A stretch of 21,936 nt of DNA from Calditrichaceae bacterium (GTDB taxonomy: Bacteria; Calditrichota; Calditrichia; Calditrichales; JBFXGD01), in NCBI GenBank assembly GCA_050178385.1, contig JBFXGD010000047.1:1-21936 (forward strand), read 5' to 3'. Under the pieces are notes generated by a model. That model was given only the letters and a program-made list of their open reading frames with translations, searched no databases and had not been told where the DNA came from. Made by a program: the position numbers and the translations under genes. Below, piece after piece: positions 1 to 7,091 of the stretch (its first letter is position 1; each line of letters opens with the position of its first letter).

Positions 1-1662
1 TTCTTCAAGGGTCTTTTTTAAATTTTCTGACTTTTTTGCAACTTCTTCCAGATCTTCCAAATTTTCCTGTTCATTTTTTGCAAAGGAGTCAAATAGTTCA
101 TCAAGCGATGGAAATCTGACATAATATATTTTACTTTTTCCCAGGCCCGGGCCTCTCACATTATTGTTGTCTTTTACCATAGCATAATATTTGATGCCAT
201 CATTAAAAGTGATGGGAAGTGTATTGAAATCCCACAGATAGTAATACTCTTTATTCGTGCGTTTTCCGTCTGCTGAATTGAGCTTAATTTCTGACCAGAG
301 CGTATCGGCGGACGACTCATTATTTCTTACAAATCGAAACAATAAAAACGCGGAACCGAGACCGTAATCATCCGATGCTTCGACTTTTAATTGAATTCTG
401 GCATCAAGCTGACTCTCAATATCTTTACCGGGCTCGACAATATCAACATAAGGCTGGTTATCGGGCATGATTTTTACTGTGTATTCGATGGGATCCTTAT
501 TGTAAAGACGCTGATTATCTTCTAGCCGGATCGAATAGCGATCATTTTGATTTATGGTAAAATTGCCTTCCAGATGATTTCCTCTTACCCGCAGGTTGAT
601 AGAATCTCCCGAATTAAAATGAATCTTCCCTTCCAGAACCGGGTTTTCTGTCTCCAGGCTTATCTCTGCGATTGTTCCCGAGAGCGCGTATATATCACCG
701 ACATTTCTGTCAATATACTGCTTATCGAGACCACTGTATGCCGGTGGAGTCAATACGATATCTATCCTGGAAATTTCCGGAGGTAGTAATACTTCAACGG
801 AATATTTTTCCGAGATGAGGAGGTCGTGCCATTGGTGTTCATTTTGCGGAGCACCCTCAAGCCTGTAATCAAAGGGTAGTTTAATATCCGTTAAAGCGGC
901 TTTGTAAATATGATTTTCTATGGTCATCGGGAGAGATCGTATGATTTTTCTTCCTCCCGGTTCTATAAGAACAAGGCTGAGATCTTTTAGCAGCGGTCCT
1001 GAATAATCTGCTTTGATTTCAATGGAATTCCCCTTTTCAACACTCGCGTCTCCCGGAAGTACCGAAAAATTGTACAAGGGCATTTCTTTATATTCGTTTG
1101 AAGGATTTAACAAACGCAAGGTCGAACGGCTGATATCCTGAAAATGAAATCCAATAATTACGAAGGCGCTGAATAAAACAGCAATAACTAATGCCATACC
1201 AGGAAGGTGATATTTCAATTTTAATTTTGAACTAAAATCAATACTTTCCGCGCGGTCTAAAAAATTGCTGATGGCCGCTTTGCGGAGGGATTCCGATGTC
1301 AAATTAGCGGGCTGTGTTATCAATTGGTAGGTATTCACAAGTTTATCTTCAATCATCGGATATGTCTTCCCCAGCATTTTTGCAATCGGGGTCAGATTCG
1401 ATGATGACGTCAGCGACATCCAATTGTTTATCGGTTTAAAAACAAAAGAATATCCGAGAATCACCAATACCGTAATATTGATAATCAATAATCCCCAGCG
1501 CGTTACCTCCGAGAAGTAGAATGCATGATCGGCGAGACTGATACTGATCCAAAATACCAGCAGCAGGATGAACATATACAAGGCCCTGCCCGCTAATTCA
1601 TAACGCAGCGCTGTCTTGCCGACCCGGTAGATTTCATCAAGTAATTTTTGTTCTTTTGTCAT
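1..1662 (-). CDS. DUF4175-like membrane protein with N-terminal TM helices, beta-rich domains and the start of a coiled coil (3' end outside window)
   Basis: Not in the ORF track because it has no stop in the window. Manual translation from ATG at 1662, 4 nt after the DUF4159 stop, stays open to base 1: MTKEQKLLDEIYRVG...; hydrophobic segments (LYMFILLLVFWISISLAD, WGLLIINITVLVILGYSFVF, MALVIAVLFSAFVIIGF); YPMIEDKLVNTYQL; TPPAYSGL; PDNQPYVDIVEPG; ASDDYGL; VKDNNNVRGPGLGKS; VRFPSLDELF. These motifs are typical of DUF4175/TIGR02302-like proteins found beside DUF4159. Confidence 0.8.
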   Translation of the reverse strand, partial: MTKEQKLLDEIYRVGKTALRYELAGRALYMFILLLVFWISISLADHAFYFSEVTRWGLLIINITVLVILGYSFVFKPINNWMSLTSSSNLTPIAKMLGKTYPMIEDKLVNTYQLITQPANLTSESLRKAAISNFLDRAESIDFSSKLKLKYHLPGMALVIAVLFSAFVIIGFHFQDISRSTLRLLNPSNEYKEMPLYNFSVLPGDASVEKGNSIEIKADYSGPLLKDLSLVLIEPGGRKIIRSLPMTIENHIYKAALTDIKLPFDYRLEGAPQNEHQWHDLLISEKYSVEVLLPPEISRIDIVLTPPAYSGLDKQYIDRNVGDIYALSGTIAEISLETENPVLEGKIHFNSGDSINLRVRGNHLEGNFTINQNDRYSIRLEDNQRLYNKDPIEYTVKIMPDNQPYVDIVEPGKDIESQLDARIQLKVEASDDYGLGSAFLLFRFVRNNESSADTLWSEIKLNSADGKRTNKEYYYLWDFNTLPITFNDGIKYYAMVKDNNNVRGPGLGKSKIYYVRFPSLDELFDSFAKNEQENLEDLEEVAKKSENLKKTLEE

Positions 1663-1666
1663 CAGA

Positions 1667-2317
1667 TTAATTTAACAAAGCATAGATAAATATGTTCACC
1701 GCCATCTCGAGCGCTTTCGCCCTTATTCCAGGAGGATCATTATGAATTTCCGGATCTTCACAGCCATCGCTGAGATCCGTATTAAAGCTATAGAAACAAA
1801 TCAGCCTGCCCTCATATATCAACCCATAACCGGCGGGGGGCCCACCTGAATGCTCATGGACTTTTGGCAAACCATGATCAAAATGATATTTTATGTGATA
1901 GATGGGATGAGAGAAAGGCAATTCTGTAAAATTCAGTTCCGGGAATACCTTTTTCATCTCTCTGCGAAACGATCTGTCCATCCCATAATCATCATCCGCA
2001 AAGAGGAATCCTCCCTCAGTAAGATATATTCTGAGCGCGGCCGCTTCCTGGTCAGTGAAAAATATATTACCATGACCTGCGATGTATGCGATTGGGTATT
2101 GCCTGAATTCAGGATCAGTTATTCGAAACGCAACTTCTCTGCTGCCTACAGAAAGGTTATAATCATTTTTAACCTTATCCAGAATATTCACCCAGGTAGT
2201 CTTGTTTCCATACCAGTCCCCACCCCCTCCATACTGAATACGCACAGGAGTAACTGTCTGACTTATTGAGACTGACCAGAAAAGCGATAAAAGATAGCAG
2301 ATGTTTTTCATATTCAT
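1667..2317 (-). CDS. DUF4159 domain-containing protein, probably exported
   Basis: Motifs YGGGGDWY, YPIAYIAGHG, YLTEGGFLFADDDYG, FRREMKKVFPE, LPFSHPIY, GLPKVHEH and TDLSDGCED match the FCB-type DUF4159 family. The ORF track starts at 2344, but that ATG lies inside a terminator hairpin. ATG 2317 or 2311 gives a signal-peptide-like N-terminus (MKNICYLLSLFWSVSISQ). Confidence 0.88.
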   Translation of the reverse strand: MNMKNICYLLSLFWSVSISQTVTPVRIQYGGGGDWYGNKTTWVNILDKVKNDYNLSVGSREVAFRITDPEFRQYPIAYIAGHGNIFFTDQEAAALRIYLTEGGFLFADDDYGMDRSFRREMKKVFPELNFTELPFSHPIYHIKYHFDHGLPKVHEHSGGPPAGYGLIYEGRLICFYSFNTDLSDGCEDPEIHNDPPGIRAKALEMAVNIFIYALLN

Positions 2318-2350
2318 AAAAAAAAACCCGAAATGAGCATTCATTCCGGG
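2318..2350 (-). terminator. Rho-independent terminator closing the giant-protein/partner-switching operon
   Basis: Minus strand reads CCCGGAATGA-ATGC-TCATTTCGGG-TTTTTTTTT: a 10-bp stem with one G-U pair, a 4-nt loop and a U9 tract, 30 nt after the DUF456 stop codon. Confidence 0.88.
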
Positions 2351-2351
2351 A

Positions 2352-2380
2352 AAATTAACCTTTTAAACATTTATTTACAA
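2352..2380 (-). promoter_or_regulatory. Possible sigma70-type promoter for DUF4159-DUF4175
   Basis: Minus strand has TTGTAA (2380-2375), a 17-nt spacer and TAATTT (2357-2352). The region is AT-rich, so a chance match is possible. Confidence 0.35.
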
Positions 2381-2881
2381 TCAAATTATTTTTGATACTA
2401 CCATAATAGCCATCGTAACTGTTCCAATGACTTTTATTGAGAGTCCCCCGAGTTTTCCTAAAAACGCCCCGAAACCCGAATATAAACTACCTCTTAAATT
2501 AGTCGTTCTAATAAATTCAAGTATAAAGGCACCCAAAAACACCCCGACAATTGATCCGATAATCGCTCCAAGCACCGGTGTAATGAAAGCTCCGCTTATA
2601 GCGCCAAGTATTCCTCCTACGATCCCGCCACTTATTCCCCATTTCGATGCGCCATATTTTTTAGCGGTCAGAGAAATTATCAGAAATTCCAGAAATTCGA
2701 TCAGAACCACAATGGCGAACAAAGTAAGAACAAAAGTGAATGAAAAGGATTCAAATCCCGTAAAAATACCATAAACAAGGCTGCTGCCGGCAAGAAGTGA
2801 ATTTCCCGGCAGACCATAAAAATTTGATAAAACTGAGATAAGGATGGTCATTACCAGACCAATTTCCATAATAGTTTCCAT
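2381..2881 (-). CDS. DUF456 (YqgC-like) family integral membrane protein
   Basis: 166-aa hydrophobic protein with GLPGN, AKKYGASKWGISGGIVGGILG and a glycine zipper LGAIIGSIVGVFLGAFILE, characteristic of DUF456. Confidence 0.88.
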   Translation of the reverse strand: METIMEIGLVMTILISVLSNFYGLPGNSLLAGSSLVYGIFTGFESFSFTFVLTLFAIVVLIEFLEFLIISLTAKKYGASKWGISGGIVGGILGAISGAFITPVLGAIIGSIVGVFLGAFILEFIRTTNLRGSLYSGFGAFLGKLGGLSIKVIGTVTMAIMVVSKII

Positions 2882-2898
2882 ACTTATTCACGTTCTCC

Positions 2899-3591
2899 TC
2901 AGGAAGTCGCAAAATCGTATCTGCGCGCCTTACTGTTCAACCGCATCTTCGCAAGTTCAGCGCGAACTTCAAACCAGCCCGTACGGGTATAACCGAATTT
3001 TGCTGTATTAAGGGCTTTTTTAATTTTATACGCCCCAAAACCAGGTTGTTCCTTAACGATGAGTTGTATTTTTCTTGAGAGACTCAAATCAGCCGGATTC
3101 ATTTCAGTTAACTCATCAGCGACATTTACCTTCTCAGCGCGTCTGTCATCGGTTCTTTGAGAAATTGGCGCTGGCGTCGGCTGAGGTGCTTTGGGGAGTG
3201 TGATTTCTTTGGCAACTGATTTTCCGGCGGCTTCAAGCATCTCAAATTTGTTTATAGCCTCATCCACGGTATCATATACGTCAAGGATGTGGTGGAATTC
3301 CAGAAGTTCAAATATTTCGTAAACATCAGGAACCATGCGGACTAATTTTAAATCACCGCCGTTTTCTCTGATCGATTTAATCTCACTGATAAATATCCCC
3401 CATCCCGCGCTGCTGATGTAATCGACATTACCAAGATCAACAATTATAAAGAACCGCCCTTGTCTCAATAGAGAATCCAGCGCTCGCTCCAGCTCAGATG
3501 ACGTTGTAGTGTCGATATACCCACCAACTTTTATAATGGAGATATGGTTCCGACTACCTGCAATTTCAGTAGAGACTTGAATTCCTTCCAT
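2899..3591 (-). CDS. STAS-domain anti-anti-sigma factor (RsbV/SpoIIAA-like) with a Pro-rich linker and C-terminal HTH-like domain
   Basis: aa 1-116 form a STAS domain: VGGYIDTTT, IIVDLGNVDYISSAGWG (predicted phosphoacceptor Ser61), GGDLKLV, VYEIFELL. Linker LPKAPQPTPAP. Tail aa ~169-228 is paralogous to a domain of the 1138-aa protein. Confidence 0.93.
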   Translation of the reverse strand: MEGIQVSTEIAGSRNHISIIKVGGYIDTTTSSELERALDSLLRQGRFFIIVDLGNVDYISSAGWGIFISEIKSIRENGGDLKLVRMVPDVYEIFELLEFHHILDVYDTVDEAINKFEMLEAAGKSVAKEITLPKAPQPTPAPISQRTDDRRAEKVNVADELTEMNPADLSLSRKIQLIVKEQPGFGAYKIKKALNTAKFGYTRTGWFEVRAELAKMRLNSKARRYDFATS

Positions 3592-3597
3592 CCAAAT

Positions 3598-3603
3598 CCT
3601 CCT
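3598..3603 (-). promoter_or_regulatory. Shine-Dalgarno site of the STAS gene
   Basis: AGGAGG lies 6 nt upstream of the ATG at 3591. Confidence 0.85.
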
Positions 3604-3652
3604 TCTACGGGAATTTATTTATTCAATTTTGATTCCGCATAATGTCGCGGAT

Positions 3653-6600
3653 TTAGTTCTTATCATTCTTTACTAACGATTCCAGCAATGAAGTATTGCT
3701 GACTATTTTTTTCTGAGCCAACTTTTTCCGGGCAATATCCATTTCACTTGAATTTTTAGTTTTAGCTGCAGACAATTTTGCAGTTATATGACGGCGAATG
3801 ATACCGATTTTATTATTTATTTCAGTTAATGATGATTGAACATTCAATATATAATCTTTTTCGACATATTTCAATAAGTCTTTTAATTTGGAATATGCAA
3901 ATTCCTTACCCAAATCCTTAAACTTAGACTCAAGCAGCGCGACTGATTCCTGCGTCTGCTCATAAATCCTTTGAATGTCGGGTAATTTTTTTAATATCGG
4001 ATTCTTCAACATAATTTTTAATATTAAATTTATTTTTTTCATCTCCTGCGCTCCGTCGGCGCTGGCATCAATTCCCCTGAGCAGTGATGAGATACCGGCA
4101 AGATCATCAGCGATTGAATCAAAAAAGTGTGCCAGTTCCACTGAATCAGTTTCAATAACCACCGTGGCTAACAATTCTTCTCTCGTTTTTTTCCTTGCCA
4201 GTTTTTCTTTTTGATCAGTTTTGTTTTTCACGCTATCAGAGCGATCTTTTCCGGGTTTCTCTGCTTCCTCTGTAGGCTTAAATGATATCCCGTCCTGATT
4301 AACTGTGATTGTTTCCCTATTTTCAATTCCCTCGACACTAACCTCTGCTGATTCGTTTTCTTTTTCAGTAGTGCTATTTTCTGCCGGAGGAGCTTTTTCT
4401 AACGGCTTCTCCTTATCAGGTTCTTTTGCGGGCTCCTCCGGTTTTGCAGGCTCAGTTGATTTTGCTGACTGATGCATAAATAATGGAGAAACCGATTCAT
4501 CCTTTTTTTCCGGTTTTTGAGTTTTATCGGTGTTAAATTCTCTCACTACAGCTTTTTTCGTATCGATCGGCAGACTTGTCAATTTTTGGGTAGCTTCTCC
4601 GGTACGCTTTGCAATCTCACTTTCTGATGACTGGAAATTCATAATTACTTTTCCGTCAAGCGTCAATAGCGGTGTACCAGGCTGTTTCAGTGCTCTCTTG
4701 TCTCCCTTCGATACAAACCTGACACGCTGTTCCTTCGTATTTAATTTTAGCTTAACCATTTCATTGTACAATCTTTGCGAATCAAGCTTTTCAAAACCAT
4801 AAAGTTCGGTATTCAAATCGTTAACAATTCGATTAGCGCCATACTCAGGATGTTTACGAATGATATCAAATATTTTTGCTTTAAGTTCTACGGATAAATG
4901 TTTTTTCTCAACATAATCCTGACCTTCGAGATATTCTCTCAGCGCGTCTAGCCCGCCTTCTTCAACAATACTCTTATATTTATAATAATGATATTGTGAC
5001 ACCCGCATTTGGTCACATGCATCCTTCACACGGGATCCACTTGATATTAATTCCAGTAATTCCTTATGAATTTTGTATACCACTTCGCCCGGCATTAATT
5101 TCTCCTTTACCGACACGAATGTGATATCATCATTCTGTGGGGCGCCACCGGTAAATGTTTTCAGATCTCCCTTGACACTTCTTACAAATTCCGCCACATC
5201 AAGATGACCGTTATTCCGGATAGCATCCAGAAATCTTTCTTCCCTGTACAATTCCCGTTTAGAATTCATTGCTTCTGTTATTCCATCGGTATAAAGAATC
5301 AGAATATCATCTTCTCTTAACCGTATAGAATCTGTCTCGATCTTCCTGTCGAACAGGGTAATATCGGGAAGCTGAATTCCCACAGGAAATCCTGATGGAT
5401 TAAGGTAGTATGTCTTTTTTGCGGATCCACGGTATAATATCATCGGATTATGCCCGGCGCTCGCGTAATGAATGATTCGATTCCTCGAGTCAAGAATGAT
5501 ATAGAACATGGTCACGAACATGCCGCGTTTCATATCATCGGTAACAAACCGGTTCACTTTGGCCAGAACATCCGCCGGATTTTTATTTCCCCGTGACTCA
5601 AGACGCAAAGCGGTACGAATCATGGTCATAATGAGCGATCCCGGCACGCCTTTTCCTGACACGTCAGCAACAATTATCCCGATTGTATCTTCATCGACTT
5701 CAACAAAATCGAATAAATCACCGCCCACTTCCTTTGCCGCTTCATAATACGATGAAATTTCAAATCCCTCGACTTCTGGGAAGTCGCTGGGGAGAAGCAT
5801 CTGCTGTATTTCCTGAGCAACCTGCAACTCCTTCTGCAATTTTTGCTGCTCCATCAGATTTACCTGGGCCTCGCGGAATTTAAAATTCATGTCATTGATG
5901 GCCTGGGCAATTTCACCAAGTTCATCCGATGTATCGATATCAATTTCATCCTGATCAACTTTATCATGTACAACCTGCCGGACCCATTCAGCAAGATTCT
6001 GGAATGGCGTAAGGATTCGGTGTATCAGAAAGAAGGAACCAACATATCCAATTGCTATTATTATTAATAAATAAAGGATCAAGCGCAGGCGTTTAGCTGA
6101 GGCAATATCTATCAATGACCGTTCATCAACCCAAATATGAACTTCTCCAAGTGACGTGCCTTCACCCAACAAAGATTGCCGAATAGTTGTCGACAAATCA
6201 TAGATATAACTGCTGTCACCCAGGCTATAGCTCATTACTTTCACATTAGCCAAACTATCCAGCTGAATAGCATTTTCCGGAATGGAATAATTTCCGGGGC
6301 CATCCATTTTCAGAGGAGTACTCCGCGCCTCGATTCTGCCATCCGGAAGGACAACAAATGCTTCCTGAATTGTTTTTTGATTGTTGTTTTTTACAGAACG
6401 CGCTTTCTCGAATAAACCCAGTGTATTTTCATTTAAAAGATCGTCCATAGCGTTATCCGCGAGAGAACGGCAATTTGAAGCGGCCTGCGCAAAAACTTCC
6501 TCGTTTACATCATTTCTCACATCGAAGATAAAAATAGAGAAAATGAAAACGGTAATGACAGTAAGTATTAGTGAAGCTACCAAAGAGTATTTGGCTCTTA

Positions 6601-7069
6601 GTGAAAAAGCCCGCCACTTGCTTATAAACTTTGATTCTTCAGGCGGTTCCTGTTTTTTTGTAAGCCTGAACTCATTGCCGCGTTCTGTGACGGCATATTG
6701 CAGATCATCCATGAGCTTTCGCATCATCATAATACCCAAACCGCCTTTTTTACCGATATCCACGTATTTAGCAAGATCCGGTGTATTGGCTTGTCTTGGA
6801 TCGTATGTACGTCCCTGATCAATGATCACGATCGTCAGACTTAATCTTCGGGCGATAGCTTTAACGGTGATTTCACCATTTTTGATATCTCTGTATCCAT
6901 GGCGAATTACATTTGTACATGCTTCATCAATAACGAGCTTGAAGGAATTTACCAGTTTTTCATCATACCGGTACTTTTTACCGATATGTTCAACAAAATC
7001 ACGTATCTGGACCAGATAGCTCATTTGAGCCGGAATCGTGATTTCTTCTTTTTTTACATTTTTAAACAT
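3653..7069 (-). CDS. Membrane-bound bifunctional partner-switching protein: RsbW-like HATPase kinase, TM, periplasmic domain, TM, HAMP, SpoIIE/PP2C phosphatase, HTH domains, linker, helical C-terminal domain
   Basis: aa 1-138: LVIDEACTNVIRHGY (N box), IIDQG (G1), GGLGIMMMRKLMD (G2). TM1 ~161-182 and TM2 ~330-349. HAMP: ILTPFQNLAE...DELGEIAQAINDM. PP2C: ELQVAQEIQQMLLP, EVGGDLFD, VADVSGKG, SAGHNP, LYTDGITEA, QNDDIT. About 480 further residues follow. Confidence 0.93.
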   Translation of the reverse strand: MFKNVKKEEITIPAQMSYLVQIRDFVEHIGKKYRYDEKLVNSFKLVIDEACTNVIRHGYRDIKNGEITVKAIARRLSLTIVIIDQGRTYDPRQANTPDLAKYVDIGKKGGLGIMMMRKLMDDLQYAVTERGNEFRLTKKQEPPEESKFISKWRAFSLRAKYSLVASLILTVITVFIFSIFIFDVRNDVNEEVFAQAASNCRSLADNAMDDLLNENTLGLFEKARSVKNNNQKTIQEAFVVLPDGRIEARSTPLKMDGPGNYSIPENAIQLDSLANVKVMSYSLGDSSYIYDLSTTIRQSLLGEGTSLGEVHIWVDERSLIDIASAKRLRLILYLLIIIAIGYVGSFFLIHRILTPFQNLAEWVRQVVHDKVDQDEIDIDTSDELGEIAQAINDMNFKFREAQVNLMEQQKLQKELQVAQEIQQMLLPSDFPEVEGFEISSYYEAAKEVGGDLFDFVEVDEDTIGIIVADVSGKGVPGSLIMTMIRTALRLESRGNKNPADVLAKVNRFVTDDMKRGMFVTMFYIILDSRNRIIHYASAGHNPMILYRGSAKKTYYLNPSGFPVGIQLPDITLFDRKIETDSIRLREDDILILYTDGITEAMNSKRELYREERFLDAIRNNGHLDVAEFVRSVKGDLKTFTGGAPQNDDITFVSVKEKLMPGEVVYKIHKELLELISSGSRVKDACDQMRVSQYHYYKYKSIVEEGGLDALREYLEGQDYVEKKHLSVELKAKIFDIIRKHPEYGANRIVNDLNTELYGFEKLDSQRLYNEMVKLKLNTKEQRVRFVSKGDKRALKQPGTPLLTLDGKVIMNFQSSESEIAKRTGEATQKLTSLPIDTKKAVVREFNTDKTQKPEKKDESVSPLFMHQSAKSTEPAKPEEPAKEPDKEKPLEKAPPAENSTTEKENESAEVSVEGIENRETITVNQDGISFKPTEEAEKPGKDRSDSVKNKTDQKEKLARKKTREELLATVVIETDSVELAHFFDSIADDLAGISSLLRGIDASADGAQEMKKINLILKIMLKNPILKKLPDIQRIYEQTQESVALLESKFKDLGKEFAYSKLKDLLKYVEKDYILNVQSSLTEINNKIGIIRRHITAKLSAAKTKNSSEMDIARKKLAQKKIVSNTSLLESLVKNDKN
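4715..5075 (-). other. IS481-family-transposase-like tandem HTH region within the sensor (aa ~666-785)
   Basis: LLELISSGSRVKDACDQMRVSQYHYYKYKSIVEEGGLDAL and IIRKHPEYGANRIVNDL...LKLNTKEQR resemble the two N-terminal HTH modules of IS481-type transposases as I recall them (LL.La....VskAC..mgvSR..fYry......GG.daL; P..G..Ri..eL...L.....R). Confidence 0.65.
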
Positions 7070-7091
7070 GTAATATCATATCCATGATTAT

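Noticed and set aside
2318..2326. A9/T9 homopolymer as a phase-variation tract
   Set aside because: It is fully explained as the terminator U-tract and lies outside the probable coding region.
2318..2344. N-terminal extension MNAHFGFFF of DUF4159 from the ORF track
   Set aside because: It is the translation of the terminator stem and U-tract. A downstream ATG (2317 or 2311) gives a normal signal peptide. A near-leaderless start at 2344 cannot be fully excluded.
3634..3651. Small inverted repeat TCCGC-N8-GCGGA between the sensor and STAS genes
   Set aside because: The stem is only 5 bp and has no U-tract on the coding strand, so it is not a credible terminator. At most it is a weak processing or stability element.
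4200..4560. P/E/K-rich segment (EPAKPEEPAKEPDKEKP) as a tandem repeat or TonB-like periplasmic spacer
   Set aside because: There is no regular DNA repeat unit, and topology places it in the cytoplasm. It is treated as a disordered linker.
4640..5100. Active IS element or transposase pseudogene inserted in the sensor gene
   Set aside because: There is no complete DDE domain, no terminal inverted repeats or target duplication that I can see, and no frame disruption. It is better explained as an integrated domain.
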